From Conidiobolus incongruus B7586 (lineage: Eukaryota), in the NCBI GenBank assembly GCA_000697335.1, contig JNEM01011567.1, forward strand, positions 1-32,699: 32,699 nt of DNA. The letters run 5' to 3'. Below the pieces are notes generated by a model that saw nothing but the letters and a program-made list of their open reading frames with translations, did no database searches and had not been told where the DNA came from. The stretch's first letter is position 1. Every line of letters begins with the position of its first letter. The position numbers and the translations under genes are program-made. Positions 1 through 12,494 of this stretch are shown here, piece by piece.

Positions 1-1469
1 AAAATTTAAAAAACTACTTTTTTAGCAATATATAAATAATTACTCAATTATTTTGCTTTATTATATTTTTATAAAATATATAAAAATTAATAATAATGAA
101 TTATAATAAATTAATATCAGTATCTAAATTTTTCAATATATTTATATTAATTTTATTTTTAATATTTATTTTAGTTTTTTTAGTTTTTTTTATTTTAAAT
201 TATCTTATTATTTTTATTTTTATATTTTATTAACTGTATTGATTTTAAAATATATTATTATTGTTTTAATATTTTTTGATAACTATTTATATAATATAAT
301 AGACTTTATTTTAAATTAATAAATATATAAATAAAGATAATTATTATTTTTAAAAATTTAGCAAAATTTGGATAATTTTGCTCCTAACTCAAAAACCATA
401 AACCCAATAATAACTGATAATTCTGTATCAAATATTATAACATAAGAAGTTTATAAATTTTGAAAATTTTTGATAAGTATATAATTGATTTTTATAATAT
501 TAAAATAAAATATAATTAATATTCATTTTTTTATTAAATAAAATAAAATTTGACATAAAATTTTTAAAAATAAATATAAATATTATTTAAAAGAGTACAT
601 TTTATTATTAATTTTTAATACAATTTGATTTTGAAAAGTATTAAAATATTTGAAAAAGCAGAAATTAAAAAAGTACCAATAATTAATTCTGAAATTAATA
701 TTAAAATAAATTGCTTGGTTCTAAACAAAATTTTAAAATTAAATCTGATCAAAATTAGAATTTAGCGTAAGGTGAAGGTAAATTAAATAGTTGTTATAAT
801 ATTTGAATTCAACGTTACAAATATTGAAAAGTTTATTTGATATTATTAATCATTTGGTATAACTATTTTATCGACTACTTTCTTATTAATATTTAAACAC
901 TATAAAACAAAATTATTTTCAATTAAAGTTAAATTAGTTTCAATTTAAAAGTTTATTAAAAATATTTCAACTTGAATAATATTGCCCTAGCATGATTTCA
1001 TTTAAAAATGACGCAAGCATTGTTCCTATCATATTTACTGACGTGTACATTATAATTAAAATTATAAACATTTATAAATAATATAAATTGACATTGTATT
1101 TAATTTTCTAAAATGCTATAATGTTTTCTATTGATATATAATTTATCAATAATAATGAACATATTACCTATAATTTTAGTACGTCCTAAAATAGATTGTA
1201 ATAATTAATTGTTTGAAGATTATTTAAAATACTTATTACAAACAACTCAATTTCAATAATAATTCACTAATAAAATTATATTGCGTTTTATACAAATAAG
1301 TATAAATTCATATTAATTTTTTAATAATTTAAATTATTATTAGAAAAAAATATACCGATAATAAAATTCTATTTCTAATATAAGATAAAAATGGACTGAT
1401 AATTATATTATTTTTATTAAACAAACTATAAATAAAGTTGGTAATGAGATCATCCTATTAACAAAATAT

Positions 1470-2800
1470 TACAAATTCTTTTTACCATCGGGATACTTAG
1501 GATGCTTGAAGGTATATTGGAATTAATTTAAATAATTTTGTCAATGGCTAAAATTGTTTGAATATTGCAATTTTAAGCCTTATTATTAGTAATTCAATTA
1601 TTGTCTTTATAATTCTCTATCCTTTATTGTTTTATGATAATTCTATTAAATATATATATTTATTATAATTAATTAACTTTAAAATCCAATCAATCTTAGA
1701 AGTATCAGTAATCTTTTAAAAATATATTCTTAATTAAAGTAGTACTAATATTCAATCAAAACTTCAATTGATTTCTAATTAAAATCTATTTAAATTTCCA
1801 ATATTATACACTTTTTAAAAGTCTGGCACATTAATTAACAACTTATTCAAGTTGACCCTTAAGTAATTAAATTCGAAAATAATTGAGCAATTAGTCATTC
1901 TGAATCAAAACCAATTTCCCATCAGTGGTGGATTTGGTAAGTGACTCCAAATTCTGGGACAATAGTGGTCAGGTGACAATTTGGACAACTTAATTCTAAA
2001 AGCCTGAAAAATTATCAACCATTAACTATTTTCATATCTAGTCAAATATGGTATTTCAAAACTTATATTTTATTTTAACTGCAAATTCTTTGCTTTGGAT
2101 AGAGTTTTAAGATACCACCAGCCACCTATTGATTTCAAATTTCTAATTTTAGGAAATTTCTACATCAGAGGTAGTGGAGATTTGTTAAGTTAAAATTTAA
2201 AATTGCTAAAAATAGGCTGTAATTGGAGTATAAGTTCCAAGAGTTAATAACCTGACGAATATTACCTTTTTTGGTCATGGATTTGAAGATGTTAAATATT
2301 TTTAGTTAAGCAAATTATTATGAGAGTTCTTTGAGCGAAGACTGGGTCGATATTGTGGAGTTGATTACAATTGGTCAGAGTATCAAAAGTATGAGAAACT
2401 TTGAGCTGTGAGGGTTAATTAAATATTGAATTCAAATGGTGTTATTATTGAAATAAATTGATTCTCAAATGTGTAGTAGTTTTAGATCAGTGAATCAACT
2501 AGACTAAGTGTAATATAACTATGGTCTGTTAACAGTATTAGGTTAGTGATTGATAAGTTTGACCACAGATGAGGAAATGTTCAGTTTTCAAATCATTTTA
2601 TCAAGTTTATTTTTATCATGTTTTGTAATTTATGGAATCTCTCCATTGAAGTCAATCCTTGTAGATCCAAATAAATTGGTGCTTTTTTCATTGGCTCGAA
2701 ATCTGATGCCTTTTTATTATCATCCAATCGTGTTTTACCTTGAATTCATATGGATAAATACAGGAATTTCTAATTCTATATTTTGATCATTTTCAATTGG
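1470..2800 (-). pseudogene. Possible decayed leucine-rich-repeat-like gene relic (boundaries approximate)
   Basis: Region is somewhat GC-richer than its flanks. Manual minus-strand translation gives LRR-like fragments in different frames, broken by stops: PIYLDLQGLTSMERFHKLQNMIKINL, FTDLKLLHI*, KFPKIRNLKSI, LLELSCPNCHLTTI. No long ORF. Confidence 0.3.
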
Positions 2801-3413
2801 ATAATTTATATAAAATTATCCTTCGTCGACGATTAATTATGTCCTCTGGAATTTAATATCAAATAAACTAGCATTATTTCCCTTTATATCGTTACTAGCA
2901 CACGTCAACAAAAAAAATAATCCTATTGAACTCTCTGAAATTCGCCAATTATCACCCCATTACCAAAACGAAATCAAGTCTCAAATTTTATCAATTTGTT
3001 CCGTGATTTTCCATGGTTGATTTGTATAAATAGTTTATCTTGATGGCCTTTTAATTTAAATTTGTACTTTTGAGGATTCTCGATTCATTGTTTTAATACG
3101 CGCCCTTTTGTAATATCAATTTGAAGTAAAGTAGTGTCTCTCGTGAAGCGGTTATTATTTATTTGATCAAAATTCTCATATAACTTCTGGTGATATATTT
3201 ATAGCTTAAAAATCGAGTGAAACGATTGCGCAAACGTCTTGACATTGTGTCTCATTTAATTACTCAACTTGTGTGAATTTTATTTTAAAATTTCATTAAA
3301 TTAATTTCAATAGCATAATAATAATTGACTATAAATAGTGCAATTATTTCTCTAAATCCATTGGCATTATTTTTTTTGTTTTTTGAAAGTAATAATAATA
3401 ATAATAATTTATA

Positions 3414-4307
3414 ATGCCCAGCTTAATTGACACAGCAGCCATTGCTGATGACCGATTACAGGCTCACAACGATCTTTTACTTCCTGTTCCCAAGTACTGT
3501 AACTCTGTTTCTTCAGACGATACTAGCGCTTCCGAATTGATGGAGCCTTTATCACCACCTCTTCGTAATTTTAATTTCGCACTTGCCTTACCCTCTCAAC
3601 CACCTCCAACCCCTTCACTTTTATTTAATAGCTTATATTTGCCACTCTTACCCCTTCCCAAAAAGTCTCAGCCCAGAAGATTTATAGTATATCTCGAACC
3701 ATGTCGCAAATCCAAATTATTCAATTCTATTCAAAAATATTACCGCTTATCTAAACAATTATTAGGACCCAACGAAGCCAATTTGTATCACCCCCACTGT
3801 TCCATGACCGGTTTTATAACGATTGAAGATTCGACAGCTTGTCCGATCACTTCAGCTATCGGCTATATCCAGCGCAAACTTGACAACTGGTTAAGTAACA
3901 CCACTAACAAAATCGCACCAACCTTCACATCCATTAAAATTGTGCCTGAACAACTCAAAATCAACCTCGGTATTCAAGTGGACGACTTCTTCCACAATAT
4001 GATTTCCGATTTACAAACTGACCTCAGTCATATCACTCTCATTCGCAGCAAACCCATGCAACATATTAGTCTAGCTTACAATGCTAAGCACGTTCCCTCA
4101 GTTTCCAAATTAACATTGGACCAGCTGGAAACTTTACTAGCACTCGCCAAAGACACCATTGATTTGAGCGAATTCGAAAACGAAACACTTGGATGGGATG
4201 TTGTATTTCATGAACAGACCTACCAGAGTATGCAGTTGGATCAGCCCCATACCTTCAAGGAAATCGCCAGATGGCCAGTATTCCGACCCGACCACCTCTC
4301 TTTTTAA
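3414..4307 (+). CDS. Intronless 297-aa protein with a stand-alone 2H phosphoesterase domain (UBASH3/Sts-like) after a Pro/Ser-rich N-terminus
   Basis: Clean ATG-TAA ORF with coding-like GC. Two HxS motifs: HPHCSMTGF (His codon at 3795) and MQHISLAY (His codon at 4062). RRFIVYLEP and GPNEANLYHPHCS resemble the UBASH3/Sts 2H domain as I recall it. Confidence 0.7.
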   Translation: MPSLIDTAAIADDRLQAHNDLLLPVPKYCNSVSSDDTSASELMEPLSPPLRNFNFALALPSQPPPTPSLLFNSLYLPLLPLPKKSQPRRFIVYLEPCRKSKLFNSIQKYYRLSKQLLGPNEANLYHPHCSMTGFITIEDSTACPITSAIGYIQRKLDNWLSNTTNKIAPTFTSIKIVPEQLKINLGIQVDDFFHNMISDLQTDLSHITLIRSKPMQHISLAYNAKHVPSVSKLTLDQLETLLALAKDTIDLSEFENETLGWDVVFHEQTYQSMQLDQPHTFKEIARWPVFRPDHLSF

Positions 4308-5645
4308 TTATTTGCTCTCATTTAGGATATATTTTCCTTATTTTGTATTTTTACCTATCTTTTTAATTAGTCTTCTCTCTTCTGTGTATATTTCAATATC
4401 ACTCAAAAAAAATCATATAGTCATTAGTTAATAAATAATTGAATTAATCTTTATCTTTTGTTACTTTCAGCATTTTTATTTCCTTAAATTTAATAATAAT
4501 ATCTAATATATTGCACTATTAATTAATTATACAATATACGTTTAAATCTTTACATAAATTTCTAATTTTTTATTAATTAATTTATAAGTATGAAAATAGT
4601 TATTTTTGAAGATAATTTTTATTAAAGTTAATTATTTAAAGTTTTCAAAATATATGGGGTAAAAATTCATAAATTAAATATTAAAATAATAATGTTAATT
4701 AAATTTTATTATTTTTAAATTATAATTTATTTATTTTTTTCTATTATTTAGTTAAATGAATAGTTAATGGATATATATAATATTATCCATTCATAATAAT
4801 TCAACTATTTAATAATTTTTGATTATAATTTTATTGCCATTAAAGCTTATTAACCTTCATAACAATTGATTTATTATATTACCATTAGAAGTTATCTAAT
4901 ACTTGGTAGTATTTGGTAATTATTGGAATAGTATTAGTAATTTAATAGGGTTTGTCCTGAGGATTTAATGGATTAACTCTGAGATTTTGGAAATTCTTAT
5001 ATTCTGGTGAGTCTAAGGGTGTTGGTGTTATTGTAACTTGATACAGATATCATAGGCTTCGAAGGATCAATTAAACTTGACAAGTGGAGAAATTTTCAAT
5101 AATCATTGTTAATATATTATTTATCAAAATGATAAGTTTATCACAAAATAAAAAATTGATATTAAAAAAACAAATTATAAACGTAGATAAATATTTTTAA
5201 ATTAATCAATGACTTCATCTTTTCATATTTCCGCTTGTTTTCAATAAATCTAAATGATACTTTCCAGGATTTATTCATTACAATTCTTAAAAAAATTAAT
5301 CAATCCATCCAAAAACAACAATGGAGGAATACTAGTTAAATAAACAAAGTCATAATTGTTATCCATCTTAGATTAATGAATCATTATCATTACTTAAAGA
5401 TCATAATTAAACTAATAGCTCTATTTAGTCAAAATTATCAAATGGTTACTGAATCCACGGTATTGAATTGAAAAACAGGAATTACTTCTATTAAATACCA
5501 AATTATAATAATATTTGTTTAAAAATGATAATTTTATTTTTGATTCTATACTAAATTGTTAAATAAATTGATATAAAAGAAAAATTAATGTGTATAATAT
5601 CTATTCAAAGTTTGAACTCTATCTAAAAGATTAATAAACTCAAAA

Positions 5646-7765
5646 TTATTTATGTTTGGGCTTCTTGGATAATTCTTCTTGTTTGGATTTGAAGACTTCA
5701 GTTTTGCGCTTGACCTAAATTATAATTAATACATTGAGATGATTGCATATTAACTATTATAATTACCATATTCACTAAATTGGCCAATTCGGATTTCTTG
5801 TCATTGGTTGTAGATGCATTATCTCTGGATTTAGACTAATTGTATATATTAATATATTATAAATATAGTAATATGATTGAAAATTACCTCATCGTTAGCA
5901 TTCTGTTGATTCATGGATCTATTCCTTCTCTCCTTCATAAGAGCCTCCATAGCTTTAGTCTTCTTGAAGTTGGGGTTAGTAGGGTCGATAGCAAACATAT
6001 GACTCTCATGAATGGCTGCGAAACGGGGATCTTGAGTGTCGATTTGGAAGCTATCTTGCGTCTCAGTGAGTTCTTGCTGATGCTTCTTCTTCTTCTTGCT
6101 CTTCTTCTCAGCCTTCATCACCTCCTTGAGGTCGAAGTGCTCGCGCTTTGCTTCACCGTCTTCGTCAGCTAATAGTAGTTCAAGTTCGGCCTTACGTTGG
6201 CGTTCTTCAGCCTTGAGTTCGGCTTTGGTCTTCACGGGTTCAGCGGCTTTCTTGGCTTCGATTTTAGCTTGTTTGGCTTGGGCCTTGGCCATACGCTTCT
6301 CGCGTTGCTTGCGCATGTAGGCTTCAATGGTGGTTTCATTTGCGGGCTTTTCGGGTTTGGGATCTTCCTTCACTGGAAGATTGCTGATTTGTTCATCTTC
6401 CTCCTCCTCTTCATCTTCTTCAGATTCGGAATCGGATTCTTCAGCTTTTGACTTGGACAAGCCGGGAGTGAAAGTAATTTCCATTTCTTCTTCAGACTCC
6501 TCCTCATCTTCCTTTTGCGATTTGGCGAAATTGAGAAGAGCTCTGTACTTTTGTCTCAATTCTTCTTTCTCTTCCTCTTCAGAGTCGGATCCCAACAATG
6601 CTGAAAAATCCTGTTGGTCGATTTCTTCTTGCGTGAATTTGCGTCTGGTTAATTTGACTCTATCGGGATCGTCATCCTCCCATGTGAGTTTCACTTTGGA
6701 TCTAGTTAACACATCGGTGATAAAATCGACGGGCTTGTAATTGGTTGGATCGCTGGTAGTAATATCACGAGGAGGATCCGTGAACTCCATATCGTCGGGA
6801 ATGAAACGAAGATCGAAGAAATTGGCGGTACTCTCGAGTTCTTTAGTATCGACTTCGTCGTAAATGTGTTTAGCTGTTTTAATACTGTCACATTCGACTA
6901 CTGCAAAATAGTACTTGAGCTTGTTAAGCTGATAAATGCGAAGAGCTTCCTGATCGAATTCCTCTTCGCCATCGCCAACTTCATGTTTAAGACCATCTTC
7001 ATCTTCGTCACCGTCGTCGTCATCGTTACTTCCGTCGTCATTCTCTTTGGATTTGGCAGATTGGAAAATTTCTTTGGGGGGACCTTGCTGGTTCTCTTTC
7101 TCCATACATTCTTTACCAAATTCAGAGGGATAAATGGCAACAGAAATAATACTACCACCAGCTGGTTTAACACTGTTGAAAGCTTTATACAAATCTTTAC
7201 TCTTGATATTATCCCAATCCATATTCACACAAGCGAATCTACGAGTTTCGTCTCCGTAGGGAATATCCTCAGCAACGGCTAAAGACGGAACGTCTGCGGG
7301 TTCTTCGTATTCGTCGTCGGTAGTTTCGTCCCCATCATTAATCATTTCCAGATCGAAGCCTTCTTCATCTTCTTCTTCACTGGAACTCTCTTCCAAAATT
7401 TCACCTCGAGATCTTGCTAATATGTCGGCTTTTCTCTTAGCTTCGTCATCTTCATTTTCATTTTCATCCTCTTCCTCTTCGCTACTTTCTTCCTCTTCAT
7501 CATCTTCCAACTCGTAAAACCTACTCAAATCTTCCTTCATAGTGGACTTGACCTTTCTACCGTACTGGTCGACTTTGGCGCGATCGTCAAAGTCCTTATC
7601 TTTTTTCAACATCGCAGCAAAACGACTATCAATTTTGACTTTATTATCATTTTTCTTTGGCCTCAAAAACCTAGGATCGTGCTGAGCTTTACTGAAACGT
7701 TCATCCTGAATTTCTGTAGATTTTTTACTTGTTGCTGATTTATTATCCCTATTACGTCTTCTCAT
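5646..7765 (-). CDS. ESF1: Pre-rRNA processing protein Esf1 (NUC153 domain); exons 7765-5888, 5835-5767, 5714-5646
   Basis: Motifs DERF...DPRF, TRRFACVNMDWDNI, IYPSEFG, YYFAVVECDS, DLRFIPD, MEITFTPGL and the NUC153 segment DPRFAAIHESHMFAIDPTNPNFKKT. Two GT-AG introns restore the C-terminus ELANLVNMVKRK...KPKHK*. Confidence 0.95.
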
Positions 7766-8041
7766 TTTTTATAATTTATTGTTAAATATTATTAGTTGAA
7801 TAATTTTTTTTTGTTTTTGACAATTATTTATATCAATATTATATTAATTATATTTATGGGATAATTTAACTCAACAATTAAAGTTTGCATTTATGGCAAT
7901 ATAATAATACACTTCTATAGTCACACAAATTTAATTAAGATTAGTAATAAATATTTATTTAAATAATCAACATCTTTAATTTAATTTAATCATCACTTAA
8001 ATAAAATATTAAAATTATAATTTAATAATTATCAAAAAAAT

Positions 8042-9293
8042 ATGACAAAAATCACTCAAAAATTAACTGAAAATAAAGAAGCTATTCAACAATTTTTAAA
8101 TAAGTTCGATACTTTTTTATTCGATTGCGATGGTAATTTCTTCAATGTCAAATAAGATTTCAAATTAATTTCTACTAGGTGTAATTTGGCATGGTGCCAA
8201 ACCTATTAACCGAGTACCCGAAACTATTAACTGGTTGAAAGAGACAAGTAATATTTTATATATCACAAAATTTATCATTATTAATTTTGATCAGTGAACA
8301 AGCGCTGTCTCTTCGTTACTAACAACTCTACCAAGTCGAGAGATTCTTACCTAAAAAAACTTTTGGGAATGGGTATCCATATTACCAAAGTAAATTTATA
8401 TCACACATGTTTGGATTTTGTATTAACTTTTGCGATAGGACGAATTATTCAGTTCTGGTTACTTGACAGCTGTGTATTTGAAGAATGTGTTAAATTTGCC
8501 TAAGGATAAGAAGGTGTTCGTAATTGGCATGGGTGGGATTAAAGAAGAACTAAATTTGTTGGGGGTTGACCACTATTCTTTGCCTGTAAGTTTTAGTGAT
8601 AAATTTTTGATCTTTATTCAGATATTAATATTATTAGGATGATCATCCTGTTGACGATGAAGCTTTAGCTAAGTTAGGACCTAATCAGGATGTAAATAGG
8701 GCATATATTATATTCGGAAATAGTTATTAATATATCATTAGGTTGGTGCACTCGTCATCGGTATGGACCGTAGTATAAATTTCGCCAAATATGCTCAAGG
8801 CCATCAACTTTTGACTCAGGAACCCCAAATTCATTTCATTGCTACGAACGACGACTCCACATACCCTTTGAATGGTACTCTGTATCCAGGAACTGGATCC
8901 ATCATTGCTCCATTGATTAATTCTACGAAACGTACTCCCATTGTGGTGGGTAAGCCCAATTTGAGCGCTTTGGAAAGTATTAGGGAGCTCTATGATTTGG
9001 ATTTGACTAGAACCTGTATGGTTGGAGACAGGTAATTCACCATTGATATCACACTTGTTATTTTAGGTTATTTACAATTTTGAATTAGATTGAATACCGA
9101 CATTCAATTCGGCATCAATGGAGGTCTCGGTACTCTATTGGTTATGACAGGTAACTTCAATATATCACTGTAATCATATGCAATTTATTCAAAATGAATT
9201 ATTGCTTTAGGTGTCACTAAAGAAATCGAATTATTAGAATCCGAAATTGTTCCCGAATACGTTATCGAATCTGTCGCACATTTAAATATTTAG
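8042..9293 (+). CDS. PHO13: HAD-IIA phosphatase (4-nitrophenylphosphatase/phosphoglycolate phosphatase, Pho13-like), copy 1; 8 exons
   Basis: Spliced translation has motif I FLFDCDGVIW, motif II FVTNNSTKSR, cap ATNDDST..PGTGS, GKP, and motif IV MVGDRLNTDI, then LLVMTGVT. Seven GT-AG introns of about 45-60 nt keep the frame; ends at TAG 9291-9293. Confidence 0.92.
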
Positions 9294-9676
9294 AATTTTT
9301 TTTGACATAAATAATCTAATCAGCAATTTTATATAATTATATATTCGATTATTTAGATTAGAATTTCAATATTAATATAATAAATTCTATTATTTCAATT
9401 TTAAAAATATTGATTTAAATTAATAGTAATAACGATGATAATTTTTAAAATAAATTAATTAATCATATTTATTAAAATTTGCTAATATGATTATTATTAT
9501 TTATAATTTATAATTTTAATCAATTTGAAGAAAATTAACTGAAATTAAAGAATCCCATATTATTTACAAGTTTATTTATTGAAGCAAATAAGCCCTTAAA
9601 TATTTTTCTATCATTTATATAAGTAATCAATTAAACAACAAAAAAATATAGATCTTTAATAATTAATCCTTTGAAG

Positions 9677-10855
9677 ATGACAAAACAATCTCAAACCTTA
9701 ACTAATCCAGATCAAATACTACAATTCTTGAACCAATATGATACTTTATTATTCGACTGTGACGGTATATCCTAAATATTTAATTTCCATAAAATATTCT
9801 AATATTGAATTAGGTGTTATTTGGCACGACAATACTCCAATTCCAGGAGTTACTGAAACTATAAATTGGTTAAAAAACACAAGTAAATACTCAATATATC
9901 CAATAGTAACTTATTATTGATATCCCTAGTGAATAAAAGATGTCTCTTCCTAACTAATAACGCAACCAAATCAAGAGCTACATTTTTAAAAAAGTTTGAA
10001 GATATTGGAATCAATATTACCAAAGTAATTTAAAACTTATATAGTTTAGGATATTTATTAATTGTTTAGGAAGAATTCTTTAGTTCTAGTTATTTGGCAG
10101 CTGTTTATTTGAAAAAAGTACTCAAATTGGATAAAGATAAGAAGGTGTTTGTCATTGGGATGGATGGGGTTAAGGAAGAGTTGAGTAATTTGGGGATTGA
10201 GCATTATTCTTTGGAGGTAAATGCATTGTAATTAAGATTTGATTAGTTATTAACCTGGATTAGTATGATCATTCCGTTGATGATGAAGCATTAGCTCAAT
10301 TGGGCCCCAATCCAGATGTAAATCAATTCACTACATCTCTAAAACTATATATTAATACCTAAATAGGTGGGAGCTGTTTTAATCGGGCTGGATCACTATA
10401 TCAATTATCCCAAATACGCTCATGCCCACCAACTCCTGGTACAACAATCTCAAATTCCGTTTATTGCAACAAGTGATGTGACTACATACTCCCACAGAGG
10501 ATTGATCTTCCCAGCAACAGGATCCCTCACATCGCCATTGATTCATTCTACGAAAAGACATCCAACAATCGTAGGGAAGCCAGATTTGAGTGCATTGGAA
10601 TGTATTAGAGAGTTGTTTAATTTGAATTTGTCTAGAACTTGTATGATTGGGGATAGGTAATTAATTATTGACAATCTTAATATAGTAGATAATTAATATA
10701 TTGATTTTAGATTAGAAACGGATATTCTCTTTGGTATCAAAGGAGGAATAGGTACTTTATTAGTGTTATCAGGTATTACCAAAGAGAGTGAATTATCGGA
10801 ATCGGAAACCGTACCTGACTATATTATAGAATCGGTAGCTCATTTAAAGAATTAA
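9677..10855 (+). CDS. PHO13: HAD-IIA phosphatase (Pho13-like), tandem copy 2; 7 exons
   Basis: LLFDCDGVIW, FLTNNATKSR, GKP, MIGDRLETDI, LLVLSGIT. Six introns at the same positions as copy 1; the seventh is absent. Intact frame to TAA 10853-10855. Confidence 0.9.
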
Positions 10856-11380
10856 AATTAACTCTGTAAGCAATATTGTTATTGGATTAAATATTCTAAA
10901 TAACATCACTCAACACAAATAAATTTAGTTGAAAAATATTCTTAATCCAGCAATTTCACCATATAAGAATAAATTTATACTTATTATCTAATATTATTAA
11001 TAATTTTAATTTCATTTATTCAATGATTAAATAATAAAGTGAAAATGATCTAAATACTTGATGTTACTATTACAAAATTTTTTTCAAGCTTTTTTAAATT
11101 ACTAAACAATATCAATTTTATAAAATATTTTGTTAATTTTAAACTAATCAATTTTAATTATTATTAAATCCATGAATCATAGTTGATTGAACTCTGAAAT
11201 ACTATTTCTATTTTTAATTTGTTATTTTGTCAATTTATGTAATTTCAGTATATTTGTTATTTCATTTTCAAATTATTAATTCAAAAAAAAACTTATAATT
11301 GATAAATATTATAATTCTATTAAGGATAAAATTGATTGGGTTTTATATTGATATTGTTTCAATTAATATCTATTGAAAAC

Positions 11381-11927
11381 TGTCGCATCCTGTCCCCTTG
11401 GATAAACAAGAACAAGAAGCCAGTCCTGAGAATCATCACAAGGATACACCATTGCACAGCCACACCTCCACAAGCTCTTAAAATACCTTTAAATACACTA
11501 GTAGCTTCTAGCATGGATGCTTGATTTTTGGTTTCTACACAAAATTACATTTCCACTGCCAATTATCCACTTCTATATCCATCAATTCCAGGAGTAACGC
11601 CCCCACCTTAGTGTTATTAAAACCACTCATTGTCTTATTACCAGTTATATTATTTAACATACTTATTCCAATAATGAAGTCAATTTTACTACAACTTCTT
11701 TTATTTATTTTTTACTTATTACTACATAATTTTACAATATGGCTCTCATTCGTTTTAATTTGCCCAATTTACAATTAATTCCATGTGATGAACCTAATCG
11801 GATAGCCATCGCGACCCAACTGGTCCTCTTGGCCCCTAGATCTGTAGATCACATAGTCACTTATATTTCTGACCATCGCGACGAAGTATTGGAACTGGCA
11901 TTAATACCCTTAGCTAATCCCGTTACA
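11381..11927. mobile_element. Solo LTR of an LTR retrotransposon (547 bp) with 5-bp target-site duplication AAAAC
   Basis: GC-richer island that begins TGTCGCA and ends CGTTACA (TG...CA termini). It is flanked on both sides by AAAAC (11376-11380 and 11928-11932). No gag/pol sequence is adjacent. Confidence 0.8.
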
Positions 11928-12494
11928 AAAACTAAAAAATAATATCATCCTGTTAAATTATTGATAGTTTTTAATAAAAAGCATTTATATTAGATATTTA
12001 TAGGAATGTTCTTTCTATTTCACAATATTCATTCAATGTATTTGATTGGACCCATTAATAATTCTAAATTTTAATTTAAATAATCAATTTGAAAGATTAT
12101 ATATTAATGTATAATCAGGATAGCAATTCTACAATTACTTTTATAAAACAATTAATAAATTATAAAATTGAAATTTTTATTCAGTGATGAAAATCAAAAT
12201 TAATGAAATTTTTTATTCTGTATCAAAACTGCAGATCATATGCCCAATGATTGAATCAACCAATTAAACGCTTTAAAATAATCAAACCATAATAAATTTC
12301 TAACTGAATTAATTACAAATCCAAGATAATTTGAATTTAAAGTTAAATACCAAATTAGTAATTGAACAGGGACTGTTAACCTGAATATTTAAAATGACAC
12401 ACTACAATTCATTTAAATTATTTCTTCTTCTTAATTAATTTTTTTATAGATTTTTATTATTTTATTTATATATTATTATTTTTACATTTATTAA

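Noticed and set aside
3226..3233. TTGCGCAA palindrome (bZIP/C-EBP-like site) upstream of the 2H gene
   Set aside because: A single 8-mer is too weak to call a regulatory site.
5840..7282. Several + strand and alternate-frame ORFs overlapping ESF1
   Set aside because: Shadow ORFs caused by low-complexity Glu/Asp/Lys codons of ESF1; no recognisable motifs.
11336..11942. Three short ORFs (62, 85, 67 aa)
   Set aside because: They lie in or straddle the solo LTR, two use non-ATG starts, and none has a protein motif.
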